Below are positions 24,540 to 37,577 of a DNA stretch of 64,000 nt, piece after piece. Origin of the DNA: Lama guanicoe (Eukaryota). Position 1 is the first letter of the stretch, and the number at the start of each line of letters is the position of its first letter. The DNA lies in assembly GCA_013239625.1 (NCBI GenBank), contig MU053365.1, forward strand, positions 124,001-188,000, written 5' to 3'. The notes beneath the pieces are model-generated. The model saw nothing but the letters and a program-made list of their open reading frames with translations. It was not told the origin of the DNA and made no database searches. The translations under genes and the position numbers were made by a program.

Positions 24540-24880
24540 ATTCTGCTGCGGCTGCCTGCGCTTCCCTGCCTCCAGACCTTTCCTCACGCAGTGCTTTCTG
24601 ACTGGACCGCCCCGGCCCTTCTTCCTGCTTTCCATCAGGATCTAACTGGTCTAAAATGTCGCCAGTGACACTTCTTCCGGAAGCCACTGTCTCTCCCCAG
24701 CTCCCTGCCCTGTCTCATTGAATTTCTCCCTGCATTTTTGGAACTGTCTTTAAGAACTCAGCAAGTCTTTCTGAATATTCGTGACTCTGCCCTGGCCCCA
24801 TCTCTTTCCCTAGAATGAGCTGCTTGGGGACAGACACCCTGCCTCCTTGTCTCTGGAATTCTCCAGGGGCAGGCGTGCCA
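24540..24880 (+). mobile_element. Degenerate L2 fragment
   Basis: cctccagacctttcctcacgcagtgctttctgactgga...ctctttccctagaatgagctgcttggggacagacac. Confidence 0.5.
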
Positions 24881-25039
24881 CTGAGAAAGTGTGCCGACTT
24901 GGATATTTTGAGCTTGATAACCCCATCCCAGGCTCACAGCGGTGGGCAGGGTTGTGGGCCTTGCTGGTCTTGAAGCTCTCGGCAGGATGCCTGTGCACTG
25001 GAGGTGGGTGTGCCTGGTCAAAGGGCTTGGCAATTTCTC

Positions 25040-25260
25040 CATTCCGCGTGTATAATTTTTAGAAAGCAATTTATCATGATTCGTAATTGATTAATGTAGA
25101 ATGCCCTTTCAATCTGTGAAGCGAAATTGCTATAAATAATTCACTAGATTCTCCGTTTGACTGAGTATGTAAATTGTTAAAGCAGCGATTCCAGAGCAGA
25201 ATGGCAAAAACCTCCTGGTTGAAATTCTCTGAATGAGAGTTGTCAGTGTTGATCAGAGTG
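25040..25260. promoter_or_regulatory. Candidate conserved non-coding element
   Basis: TAATTGATTAAT 25084-25095, MEF2-type CTATAAATAA 25130-25139, ATGTAAAT 25167-25174 and TGTCA 25241-25245 in a repeat-free AT-rich island. Confidence 0.45.
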
Positions 25261-26112
25261 TGGTCAGACTGGCCCACTGGAATGTTCCAGGGAGTGTGCG
25301 AATTGGAACAGTTCCCCTCAGGGTTGCTTTGCATGTCATTTGCTGACTGACAGGCTCCCTCTTTCCCATCTTCATTCATTTTTTTTTCATCCACTATGTA
25401 TATGCCGAGCTCTGAGTCTAAGCCAGGCCACCCTGTCCTTTGAAATCCTGCTTCCGCTCAGCCAGGGTACGGAATGGGATTTGGTCACCCCAGTTCTTGA
25501 AACCATGCCTGGTAAAGACGAAGTTCTCTACTCGAAAGTGCAGCATTATCTGTAAAAGCAATAGATGGAAGCTACCTGAATAGGACTTCCGGCATCACTC
25601 AGGACCCATCATGATGCGGCAATTAAAACAGCTGACTATGAAGACAACATCGGAGCATGTGAAATGCTTATGATGGGTGGGGGAAAAATGCCTTCTACAA
25701 AGCAGGACTGTCTAGCCAACACTCTAGCCATGTAAAACGGAGCGCCTGTGAGCAGGGGGTGGAAAGGGGTTCCTCAAAATGAAAGTAATGGCTTTGTTGT
25801 GGGGGGAGTGGTGGCGAGTCCTTCCGTGTTCCTAACTCCATGTGGTGTGGCTCAATTGATTTTATGCATTCACTTACAGGGAAAGAAAGCCCAGTGTCCG
25901 AAGTCAGGGCGATGTGCCGCAGTTTTGGTCGGCTGCCAGCAGGTGGAGATGGCCCGCTGTCTGTTCTCCGGCAGTCACGCTGTCAGCAGAGAAGGCTTGG
26001 TTTCAGCCTGAAGGTCCTGCAGATTCTCTGCATTTTTATTTGAATAGCTAACCATGACTGCTCCAGCACCCGATGAGCCCTGAAAGTTATTTCTGATCCT
26101 GTTATTTGGCTT

Positions 26113-26290
26113 CCAGGGAGCAGATCCAGGTTTTAGAGGGCCCGAAGCTTATATAATTTGAGGAACCTCTTTGAGATAAAGAATTCCAAATCACAAGTAT
26201 AAGATCAGCTGCAGAGCATTGGAAGGGGGTCCCTGCAAATAAGGACCATTTCGCTGAATCTTAATTAGCTCTCCAGTCAGTCCACTGAAG
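26113..26290 (+). mobile_element. hAT-Tip100-type MITE (ORSL-like; subfamily uncertain)
   Basis: cagggagcagatccaggttttagagggcccgaagcttatataatttgaggaacctctttgagataaagaat resembles a recalled mammalian hAT MITE 5' end. Confidence 0.55.
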
Positions 26291-27091
26291 ATTGCTAGCT
26301 TGTCCCCAGTCCATCGGGCCTGAGGAGTGAGGGCACTGCCCATGGGGAGACCACAAGCTCCTTGAGAGAGGGAGCCTGTCTTCAGCCCCATCAGGCGTTG
26401 GTAGAAGGTCACTGTCTTTCTTCTTAGTAGTATGGTGCTTAGTGTCTGATAGGCACTCAGGGACTGGACGTTGTATGAAAAGAAGCAGAAACGGGACCTA
26501 GGAGGAAGTCTGGAATTCAGAGCCACTTTAGGGGAAGGGGAAACTTGAAAAGCCTTCTGTGGACATGAGCTGGCTGGATGGCAGTGGCCAGAGGGGCTGC
26601 TCTGGGGGCTGGATCTTTTCCTTCCTACCCAGCAGCTACCTGGTGCAGCTCATGTCTGGGTCCCGGGAGGTCTGGATTATGCTCTCTTACTTAGGTATAG
26701 AGAGTTGAACAGCTGGAGGAGGCCTTCAGCATGAAATCAGTAGAGGAAGCATTTCCTTTAAATTCTCCTATAGGCAAATAGTTGTATCTGTGATTCACCT
26801 CCATTTCCCTGTCTCATTCCCTTCCTGCATTTTATATACAAGTAGGCCCCAGTCTTCCATAATTTATACAAGGATTCCAGTGGTTGGCTTCTGTTCTTCC
26901 TTTCCTGTCCGTAACACTGGTCGTCCCTCGTTGTAGCCGTGGCATCTTTCTCTGGCATCGTATCACTGCTTGTTCTGGTGTATGATGAGTCAGCCAGCAT
27001 TGGTGTCTGCTGCTTTTAACTTTTATAACTCATCGCTAAGGATAGCTGGCTATACACTGAATAGGCTTCCCCACTGTCTTGCCTTCCCCAC

Positions 27092-27527
27092 TGTATTATT
27101 TTGATTAGGCTAGGCTGCAGTAACAAAGAAACCCACACATCTAATGGCTGAACACCGCAGAAGCTTATTTCTTGCTCGTGTAACGATCCAGGACGGTCCC
27201 AGATTGGCAGGGAGCTCTGTTCCACATAGTCATTAAGGCTCCAGGCTGAAGGAGGCTCCGCCTTCTTTAGCATTTGGTTTTCAGTGTCACCAGGGTTATC
27301 TCCAACTTAATCAGGCAGAAGGAGGAAGGCACAGAAGAGTGCATGTTGGGGAGTTTTAATAGGCAAAGCTTACAATTGGTATACCTTGCTTCTGCTCAAA
27401 TCCCACTGGCTAACGCTCAATCACATGGCCACATACAATTGCAAAAGAGGCTGGGAAATTAGTCTTCTTGTGTATTTATGAAGAAGAGGAAATAGATTCT
27501 GGTGAACAGGCAGCAGTCTCTGCCACA
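27092..27527 (-). mobile_element. MaLR solo LTR (MLT1J-like)
   Basis: tgtattatt...ggctgcagtaacaaa...ttatttcttgctc...tcacatggccac...gcaaaagaggctgggaaat...ctctgccaca. Confidence 0.8.
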
Positions 27528-28249
27528 CCACGTACAGACCCAGCAGATAAACACTGAGCAAGCTAGGTTCCTTCCAGACATTAATTTTAAGATACTGGAG
27601 TAAAGATGTCTTGAATTATCTCGGAAGCCCAATTGGAAAAAAAATGAGAAACAAAGATGAAAACCCAATTTTTGTTGGAATGGAAACACCTATAATCATG
27701 AGCCACAGATGTAAGATGGGATGTCATGTGCAGTGAACACTGGAATGAAGTGATCGGGATGCCCGCAGAGGAGAAATGTCTTTCAGTAAATTCTCCAAAG
27801 CAGATAGTCTACTCTGAGGGCAAATCCAATAGTCCTTTACTTGGAACAATAAGATCTGGGCGCATGTTTGGTTGCAGGATGTTTCTGAGCCCTGTTGGGT
27901 ACTTTAAAATGGCAGGGAAAGCAGGAATGAGTGAGAAAACTCACAGATACTCTATCTTTTAAATGTGCAGCATGTGGAGGAAAACTTGTGGGTGTTCAGC
28001 AACTCTGTAGCAGCCATTTTTTTTTTGGTGTGAACGAAAAAGAAATAATGGTTAAGCCACTTGTCAGTCACCCAGTCTTTTCATGTACACAAAAAAATCC
28101 ATAACACTCCGCACCCCGCCAATCTTCTCCCACAAGATGGTGAATCATAAAGAATTTAGGGGGAGTTGGATTTTCTGCTGACCCAGAACATTGCCCGGGC
28201 CCCTCCTCCACACTATTCCTTTTAAATATCTGATCTAGGAAAATTTCTG

Positions 28250-31200
28250 CTCATTCAAGGCTGACTAATAACGAAAAAGGAACCAGGAGATCTGTACAAA
28301 AGTATCACCAAATGGTGAGAAATTACAGGACAAAAAGGCAAACTACGCCTACCCAATACAGGCATTTTGACGTGGAACTGATGAAAATCATGAATAAATA
28401 TTTGTCTAAGAATTCAAATAACAACAAAAAGTCCTTTATGAATTACAAGCTCAGTGCCGAGGCATAAGGAATCAAGAAAGGCTGCAGAAGGAGATTAAAA
28501 GTGAGCTGGCTGTGTCTGTCACACAAAGTGGAAAGGAAAACCAAAATCATCACAGAAATGATGACTCCCTTGCAAACAGGAGTAACTGATGACGCCGTGT
28601 CATCGTACTGTTAGCTAATGTAGTAGTAAACACTGATGGCGACAGAAATATGGATGACAGCTTTGAGGCAATTGAGCAAAATGAAATAGATAAATTTTAA
28701 AGTGATTAGAGGAAAATTGTAGATGTGGAAGACAGGCAAAGGGGAGACCATGTAAGTGTAAATGTTTTCTTCTTGAAGAAAAAAGTTTAAAAAAATTAGA
28801 AAATATTCCAAGATATACTTTTTAAATCTTTCCTGATATTAAAGAAGATCTGAACCTAAAGAGTGACAGGACACAGTATATCTTAAGGGGAAAAAATATT
28901 AGCATAGAACCATAGTCTAGTAAAATTTCCTTAATTAAAAGATAAAGGAAAAAATCCTGTGGGTACCCAAATGATCAAACTACCTATAACAATTAAAAAA
29001 AAAAAACAACAAAGGTTGGCTTCAGACTTCCCCTATTGAACATTAGAAGACAGTGAAGGAATCCTTATAAAGTCTTCAGGAAAAGACAATATGACCCAAT
29101 AACTTTTACCTAGCTAAATTACCTTTGAATTATCCTGGCAACAGACAAATGTTTCCAAATATGCAAGAACTCAGGGAGTATTGTTCCCATGAACACTTTT
29201 TTGAAGAAGCTGCTAGAAGATGAAGTTGAACCCAAAAAATGAATGGGAAAACCTGCAGCAAAAATAAATGTAAAACTGTAGATAAAGGTTAAAACAATCA
29301 TGGGAATTACCATTAAAGACAAAATGTTAATATAGTCAAACATGAGAATGGAGAAATACTGCAATAACAAAAGTTAGGGGGCAAAAGGGGAGAGAAAGTG
29401 AGATTGTGCATATAAGGTGACTTTCTTATTTTTCTTAGTAGAGATCAAAAAATGTTTTTAAGGGTGGCAGTTAAAGTTTAAAAGGTATAAACATATTTAA
29501 ATGTATAAAGTTAATCACTAAAAGAACAAGAAGAATTAAGATGAATAGCATACCCTACAAAATTGAGATGGAGGGAAGGGGAAGTAGGGGTATATTCATT
29601 CAGTTTATTACTGTTCTTGAAGAGCCAATAGATACTAGCTAAATAGAGGATTACACATAATATGTAAAATGATTATTAGAGAGACATTCATTAGGTGTGA
29701 AAAGAGACTACACCTTTGAACAGGAAACACAATACAAAGCAAAGAAGAAAATCAAAGTTTTAAAAGTTGTAACACTCATACTAAATATATATACCATTTT
29801 AATAGACAGAAATAGTGACTCATTGAACTGAGAGAGCAAAATACAATTAAGTACTAACTATATGATACTTACCTAAATGAAATGACTCAGAAAAATCAAA
29901 AGCAAAAGAATGGGCAAAGACATATAAGACAAATGGAAATACAAGGAAAGCAGACATCTGAAAATTACTATCAGACAAGGTTGAATTCAAGGAAAAATGA
30001 GACAAAGAAGGGCAGGGTACAATACATAATGTAAATCTAAGAGCAGTGACTATCTATGCACCAAGTAACAGGTCATCAGAAGTTACAAGACAAATGTAGA
30101 GGAATACACAGAGAAGCAGAAACACATGCAGAGTAGGAGTTTTAAGTTTAGCTCCATTATTCCATGATAAATAAAAAGTAAGTAATTGTAGAGGACTTGA
30201 CCAAATTAATAAGATATATTATTAAACTCAGGTTTTAAATCTACCTTTTTATTAGCTAATCAGTAAGGTAGATTTGTTCTATATTCTCAAATTAGAGAAT
30301 ATATCATTTTTTTCAAGGGCTCATGGACTAATCACAAAAACTGATTATCTATTTAGAGTTCAGAGGAAGCATTGATACCAAAACTTTAAAAAGATGCTAG
30401 ATTGTCTGCTGTCAACTTGGCATCACTCTCATCCCTTGAAGGAAAAAAAAAAGGGAGTCCATTTCTCAGAATCAGCTGCCCTGTAAGTGTTCTGGGGTGG
30501 AGTTGGCCAAGTGAGAGAAATTCTCATGAGATTTAGGGGAGACAAGGGAAGCAGAGATCATTCGTCTCTCGATATAGTGCAATCAGACGTAGGGACAGAT
30601 GGGAGGTTTGTGGCGGCTTCTTGTGGATGGCTTGTGGATGGCTTGAGAACCACTGCTTTGTTGCTGCAGTATGGAAGGTTTCTCAGAGGCTCTTAGAATT
30701 TCAACAGTTTCCAAGTAAGAATTTGAGGATCCCTCACTCCCATGCATCACACTTGAACCTTTAGTGTCTGCTTCATGGACCTTCCTACAGCAACTTTTAC
30801 TGCTGACCTTCACCACCAGCTTTCCCCAAATTTAAATAAGCCCAGATTTCTGTTTTAATTAAAGTAATTTAAATTAATCATTAGTCAAATTTATCAATCT
30901 TTTGCATAATGGATAGTTGTTGTTGGCCTGCCTAGAATTAATTTTTGCATCATCCAGTAATAGGCCCTAATTTTCACTTGGACCCCCTTGCAGTATTACT
31001 GCAAAAATAATTCATGTAATCCAAATAATTCAAAATTAAAACAAGCTCAGATCTCTAAAGTAACAATTGTAGGATACTTATGTGGCTCTGTCTTTCTGTG
31101 TGAACCCAGATTGATAAACACAAAAGAAAGTTAAAGCCAGTTTCTCATGTGAATATAGCTATAAAAATTCTAAATAAAATATTAACAAGTAGAATTATTA

Positions 31201-31830
31201 ATGTTGGCAGATGTTATACCTGGAAAACCTAAGAAAAACATTGCAAAACTATTAAAAAGTAAAAACACATAGTAAGATAGCTGGGTATAAAATTAATAGA
31301 CAAATATGACAGCTTTCCTTTATTCAAAAAACAACCAGATTGAAAATATAGAAAATACAGCATGAAGGTCAGCAAACTTTCCTCTGTAAATGGCAGCTAA
31401 TGAGTAGTTTGGGCTTTGCAGGTCATAGGGTCTGTTATAACTGCCGTTTCTGCCGCTGTAGCACCAAGGCAGCCATAGACAACATGCAAATGAATGGCTA
31501 TTTAAACTTCACTATAAAACTATTTGCAAAAACAGCTAGTGGACTGGATTTAGCCTGCAGGCCATAGTTTGCCTGTCCCTGATACGGAACAAGGGTATAG
31601 AGGGCCACGTTGAAAATAGTCCAAAAAAAGGATGTTAAAAAAACAAGAATAAACTTAACAAGAAATATGCAGTATTTACATGAGAGAAACTGTCGAGGGA
31701 CATGGCAGAAGATTGGAATATATGGAAAGACACATCCTGGTTTTGTATAGAATGACTCAATAATACAAAAATGTCAAATCATCCTACATTAACAGATTCA
31801 ATGCAACTTCTGATGCAGAAAATTGATTTA
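28250..31830 (+). mobile_element. Highly decayed old L1M (ORF1, endonuclease and RT remnants), interrupted
   Basis: ORF1-like ggcttcagacttc...agaagacagtgaagga...aatatgcaagaactcaggga; EN-like gaatgggcaaagacatat...tatcagacaaggttgaattcaag...tatctatgcaccaa; RT-like aaaattctaaataaaatattaacaa; A-rich plus strand. Confidence 0.7.
31363..31581 (+). mobile_element. MER58A hAT-Charlie MITE nested in L1
   Basis: ggtcagcaaactttcctctgtaaa...gcagccatagacaa...ggatttagcctgcaggccatagtttgcctgtccctg; degenerate 8-bp TSD atacagca/atacggaa. Confidence 0.85.
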
Positions 31831-31899
31831 AATAAATAATACCTTTCATATTTAATAGGGTTTTAGAAAAAACTAGACACAGGAAATCAATGAGATAAA

Positions 31900-32423
31900 C
31901 CTGTCCCTCTTCTGCCGAAACCCCCCAGTCACTGTCCATCTTCCTTAGAGCCAGAGTCCTCACAGTAACCTGCAAGGCTGCACGGTCTGCCACCTGCCCC
32001 CACTCATCTCCTGCTCCCCTCCGCTTCCTCACTCTCCTCTCGCCACACTTGCCTCTTCATTCTCCTCCGGTAGCTCTCAGCTCAAGGCCTTGCTGGTCCC
32101 GCGGCCTGTAAAGCTTTTCTCCCAAATGTCTGTGTGGCTCACTCCTTCACCTCCTTTAAGCTTTCACTCAAATGTTACCTTCTTGGTAAAGCCTTCCATG
32201 TCTACTCTCTTTGAAATTGCCACCCTCCAGTCCCACAATCCCTACCTTTATTACCCTGATTTATTTCTCTCCTTGGCTCTTACCATCATCAGACTTGATG
32301 TGTTGCTAATTCTTTGTTTATTGTCTGTTTCCTCCCGCTAGGTAGCACTGCTCTGTCCTCAGTGCCTAGAACTGTGCTTGGCCCACAACAGGAACTCAGT
32401 GAATCTTTATTGAATGAAAGAAT
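31900..32423 (+). mobile_element. L2a 3' end
   Basis: tggctcactccttcacctcctttaag...ctcaaatgttaccttctt...cagtgcctagaactgtgcttggcccacaacagg...ttgaatgaa. Confidence 0.8.
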
Positions 32424-32619
32424 ATGAACAGACAGTTCATAGTTCATAGGAATGCAAATGGATTTTACCTTTGAATGTGTATATAGAGCTGTTTCATGGT
32501 TTCTAATTGTGCCATGGATTTCCAGTGTGTAGATGTACTGGAGTTTATTTAACTGGTGCCCTACTGAGGAACACTTACGTTGTTTCCAGTAGTGTGCTGC
32601 GATAGATACTGCTGCATTT

Positions 32620-33020
32620 GTGGGAAAAGGATAATCTTTGCAACAAATGTTGGAACAATTGGGTATTTACATGCCAAAAACCTGAACCTTTACCACTACC
32701 TCACCATAATCAGAAATTAACTTGAAATGAACCACAGACCTACGTTTCAATCCTAAAACTGTAAAACTTCTAGAAGAAAATACAGGAGGAAATATTTGTG
32801 ATCTTGGCTTAGGAAAAAAAAAAATCAGACATGACACCAAAAACACAAACCATAGAAGAACCGAATATAAGCTGGACTTTGTCAAAATTAAAGATTTCAG
32901 CTCTTCAGAAGACACTGTTAAAAGAAAATATTTGCAAAGCACATATCTGACAAAGGCCTTATATCCAGAATACGTAGAGCGCTCTCAAAAGTGTATAGAA
33001 AGCAAGCAAACAACCCACTC
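32620..33020 (+). mobile_element. L1M ORF2 3' fragment
   Basis: ctaaaactgtaaaacttctagaagaaaatacaggag...tttgtgatcttgg...aaaatatttgcaaagcacatatctgacaaagg. Confidence 0.8.
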
Positions 33021-33082
33021 CAGGCAGCCTAGTACCTTAAGGGGTGGCAGCCTGTGTTCTCCCAGAGGCCTGCTGCAGTTGT

Positions 33083-33230
33083 GTCATTCATTCATGCAGC
33101 AAATGTTTGTTGAGTATCTACTCTGGGCCAGACTTCATTCAGACACGGGGGATACAGCAGTACACAGAACAGTCATGGAACACTCAGTCTTGTGGGAGGA
33201 GATGGGCAAAAACAAACGAACAGATTGATA
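33083..33230 (-). mobile_element. L2 3' terminus
   Basis: tcattcattcatgcagcaaatgtttgttgagtatctactctgggccag...gggatacagcagt. Confidence 0.7.
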
Positions 33231-34058
33231 TAGCATAATTGTAATCTACCTAGACTTATGTCTTCCAGATAATTACACCAAGCAAAGCAAAATTCAAACA
33301 CCTTGAATTTAGAGTACAACATATGAATCTAGTGTGTTTAAAAAATGTATGTGTCAAATGGCCTATGTACATCCTTATTTTCCCAGATTTCTTCCACACC
33401 CTACAATCAGCGATGCATATCAGGTTATAGGATTTGGGGCTTAAAATCTAAATTTGGAACTCTTTAATATAACCTTACATGGTCTTGATGTTTGGCAATG
33501 CCATCTTCTAGATCACTTTCAAAAAGATCGAGGTCCGTTCAGTTCGAGCCTCTTTTACTCACCTTGAGCCCAACCTGTCTGTCATTTATGGAGTTGAAAC
33601 ATCTCATTATTTGTCCTATGACTCGTTGAGAGCCAGGAGATTGCCAAGAGAAATCTGCTACCCCAGGGGAAAAATAGATGGTAAGGACCTCTGTTTTTCT
33701 GTAGACATTGGCACATGGTACTTGGCTAGGAAAGCCACGTGAGTGTTTAAAGTCTGTAGTTCCAGTAGCACCCAGCTAGCACTTTAAAAAGGTGAAAATG
33801 TATTCCAGTCACCCTGCCACTCCACGCAGGCCTGCTGAGTCTGGGTGCGCAAGAGCAGGAGGGTCTTCCTTCCTTCTGACTCTCATGCCCCCTTGGGGCG
33901 TGCAGTCTACTGGACACACAGGTATTACATGAGAAGGTGCTACACTTCAGTTGAGACACGTGGGCTGAACCCATGTAATCCCTGCAATGGATTGTCTGGG
34001 TAACAGCAAGAGACTGAGAATAAATACCGAGAGAGAAAAAAAATCATCCCAGGGAAGT

Positions 34059-34215
34059 GGGGAGGGTAGAGCTCAGTGGCAGAGTGTGTGCTTAGCATGC
34101 ACGAGGTCCTGGGTTTAATTCCCAGTCCCTCCATTAAAAATAAACAAATAAACCTAATTACCTACCCTCTCCCCCTCCCAAAACAAACCCCCCCAAATTT
34201 AAAAATTTAAAAAAA
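34059..34215 (+). mobile_element. tRNA-Ala(AGC)-derived SINE (camelid Vic-1 type)
   Basis: ggggagggtagagctcagtggcagagtgtgtgcttagcatgcacgaggtcctgggtttaattcccagtccctcca, then tail aaataaacctaattacc and an A-rich end; exact 14-bp TSD tcatcccagggaag (34044-34057, 34217-34230). Confidence 0.9.
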
Positions 34216-34449
34216 GTCATCCCAGGGAAGACTGGGAGTGGAGATGCAAAAAGATTTTGAAGACCTCTGGTCACCAGTGAATACTTACCCATCCATGGAG
34301 CCAGAGTTGCTGTATGATACATAGGGCCACTTCATTGGACTTGTGCGTCTGTCTGAGTAGGGAACCCACACATTGGACCGGTATGTGGTGCAAGGGAACT
34401 GCGTGGTATTAAGATAGCATCTGCTCTCATCACTTCTGTCCCCTCATCC

Positions 34450-34660
34450 TCCTTTGTGTTTCTTTATAACGTGTCTTACTACCTGCCGTATTGTTCGAGT
34501 GTGATTGTTGGTTCATTTATTTATAAGTGTCTCCCCTCACTAGGTGCTCAGCTCCCTAGGAGCAGGGCCTTTCATTTACTCACTAATGTCCCTCCATTCT
34601 TCAGTGTCTGGCACATAGTAAACGCTCAGTAAATATTCTTGAAGGAAGAAAGGATGGACG
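34450..34660 (+). mobile_element. L2 3' end
   Basis: tgtctcccctcactagg...cagtgtctggcacatagtaaacgctcagtaaatatt. Confidence 0.75.
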
Positions 34661-35899
34661 GAAGGGAGAGAGTGAAGAAGGTAGGAAGGGATCCTTTTAA
34701 CTATCAAAACTCTGCCGCCTGTGTACATGTGATGGACCAGGCTTGGTGGACCAAAGGCCAGAATTTGGCCCACAGAGCTGCCCAATCCCTGCTTGAGCCA
34801 CTTGCCTTGTGCTCTGCCTGAAGCTCCTCCCTCTGATGCCAGACAGCTACAAGACATGGGGCGCCATTGTGCAGATGAGTAAAACAGATGTCATATTGTA
34901 AAAGAGGACCCCACTCCTTCTTGAGGTTGCTGTGAGTGACTCCCCAGCGGCTGTGAAGGCAAGAACACCCATCTTTCTAGAAAACTCCCTCTTCCCCATG
35001 CTGCATTTCTTCCCTGATTAACTCTCCAGTGCTCTGAGTTGGGGCTGCCCCCACCACTGGAGCTCTCAGAAGATGTTGACTGACTAGCTAAATGATGCTA
35101 TTGATGTGCTTAATTAATACTAATGACTTATCATGAGAATTACAGATATGTACCCGTGTCTAGGAAGTGTCAGTGACAAGAGAATTAAGGTGTCAGTTCT
35201 CATAAAACATGAGCAAAAAACTCCTCAGGGTAATCGGAGACAGTTACCTTCTCTCCCAGCAAGAATGCCCTTGAATCATATTGGCACGTGCTTGTGAATC
35301 TTGACTCGCTAGCCTCAGGTTTGGAATGAGCATGGTAATATTAAAATTCCACATTCCATACCACGATGCAGTTCTCAGTAAGAGGATGACAAGGAGGATG
35401 TGGATCCAGGCAAGTGGCCAGAGGGCCTATGTTCAGGAGTGTGTTGAGCAGCTCTGTGAAATGACTGGCAGTGCAACCAGGCATCCGTGGGTAATGTATA
35501 TCCAGGCGGATAGATGTATAGATTAGCATCCTAGGGTTAATTTCACTCTGCAGATAATTAACATGTCCTTATTTTGGGAATAAATGCTTCTGCAGTTAAA
35601 ATAAATGTATTTAATTAGTAGAGACATTTAGTTGTGAAGCGGAAAGTTAATGTATGAATGGAATAAATGGTTGTATAAACATTTTCTCTTCCAAACCTAA
35701 GTCAGAGGCATCGCCTTCAAGCCATATTTCGGGAGGCAGATCATAAGTTGTGAGACCTCACGACTGTCAGGCTTCTCGGCACGTGCCTTGTGCCAAGCTG
35801 AAGGCCAAGATGGCCCAACTTGTCTGAGCCTCTGTTCCCAGTCAGTGACCTCCTTCTGGCCTGATTGAAGGTTGAGTCATGTCATGCAGTCAAGGTCAG

Positions 35900-36560
35900 G
35901 TTGCTCTCTCCAGAGCTGCCCTCTCTTCCCAACTGCCTGCTAGGCATTTGCACTCTGCTGGCTGCCAAGACCTCCAGTTCTAACTGGTCGGGACAGGCCT
36001 CTGCACTCCTGTTGCCCCCAAGCCCCTCCACCCACACAGGCACTCTACGGAGGCTCTTCTATGTTCACTGTTTCTGCTCCTGGCTCTTTAGAAAGCTTGA
36101 GTCACCTCTGACTGGACTCTTGCTTCCCGCAGTCAAGCCTGCCTTCAAATCAAGCCCATCGCCCACAATTGGCCATCATCTCCTTGACATCCAGGCCTGC
36201 TCCCCAGCCCCTTGCTACTGCCCCAGCTCTGCTCAGCCTGTCTCCTAAGCATCTCCTCAACCATCTGCTCATCCCCCACCCCACCGCCGTCCTCGACCGT
36301 GGTCTCCTCTTTGTCTCTCCGTGCCTGAATCTTGCCTTCATTCGGTCCGTCCTCCACACCGCCCCCCGAGTGTCCTTTCCGATACGCCCCACCCTCGCCA
36401 AAACTCTCGTAGACTTCTCTCCCCTTCCCCTCAGGGTGAAGCCCCCAGCTTAGCGTTGAGCCTACTTTCTCCCACTTGCCCTTCACGTATCTCCAGACAA
36501 GCTGCACTCCCCGCTGTAGCCTGCAGGAATTCCCATGCTCTTCAGGGTCAGTGCCTTTGT
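35900..36560 (+). mobile_element. L2 fragment (GC-shifted)
   Basis: tcccaactgcctgctaggcatt...agaaagcttgagtcacctctgact...cattcggtccgtcctccacaccgcccccCgagtgtccttt pattern typical of the L2 3' region. Confidence 0.6.
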
Positions 36561-36704
36561 TCAGGCTATTGCTTCGTCCTAGGATGATGAGTTCCTCGGG
36601 CTTCTAACCTTGATTTATGGGAGAGGCCACGGATCCGCAAAGGAACCGCTCTTCGCTTTCCTGTCCTTGTCCCACACGAGCAGCAGTCAGCCTGTGGGGC
36701 GCGC

Positions 36705-36719
36705 CCTGTGGAGGGCGCT
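36705..36719 (+). promoter_or_regulatory. Weak candidate CTCF motif
   Basis: CCTGTGGAGGGCGCT resembles CCASYAGRKGGCRS with two deviations. Confidence 0.25.
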
Positions 36720-37577
36720 GGGAGTGCGGGGGGAAGCCCCCTCCTGAAGCTTCCCTAGGGTTTGGCTTATAAGTTGGGCTTCTTTTCCTCTATACCTGCT
36801 CCCAGCCCCCAAGTTCCTAAGGGCTCCTCAGGGTGAATATCCCTCAGTTAGGTTTGCTTTCTGAGTTTGCTCTGGGCTGATGGTTTCACTCCAGAGCTCA
36901 GGTTCTGGCCCGGTGGTGACAGGAGAACGAGGCAGCTCCGGCCTCACCACCCCGGCAGCACAGGAACACTGGTTTCCTCGGCTGCTCCCAGGAGAGGCCC
37001 TGAGCTCTGCCTCCTCTTTTTCCGTGTGATAGAAATATCCTGAGCCTCCCTGCCGGGGATCCCACATCACACTCATCCCAGCCATTTGCACACACACAGC
37101 TGCACACGTGCATGGGGCCACATGCACGCACAGCCACTCCTCAGCCCTGGTCTGAGCTGGGACCCACTGAGGCGCAGACCACAGAAAGGTCGCGGGGAGG
37201 AACGACCATGTACCTTGCAATCACATCAGATGGGCAAGCAGAGGGCAGGGGCCTTTGACATCCAGCAGAGTCAGAGGCTTGGGATTTTGAAAAGCATCTT
37301 CCTCCCTGTCAGGGGCCCAGCCAGGATGCCTGGATCCAGTGGAATTCATTGATTTTGTAACTATTTACTGAGCTCCAACTATGTACAGGGCACTAGTCAA
37401 TCTGGGCAATGGTGGTAAGAGTATGAACAAGGCAGACATGATCTTCCATGTTGCTTATGTTCTTGTGGAAATAAGAAACACTCAAGTCCATTGCCAAGTC
37501 TTCCTCCTAGTGCTCTGAAGTCTACCAATTCTGCTCCCTTCCACTGCTAGTCCTTTGGTTCAGGCTCTCCTCATCCT

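Noticed and set aside
34059..34135. Apparent tRNA-Ala(AGC) gene, likewise at 39240-39313, 45889-45977 and 52050-52124
   Set aside because: A-rich tails, target-site duplications and mutated A/B boxes and stems show these are SINE heads, not functional tRNA genes
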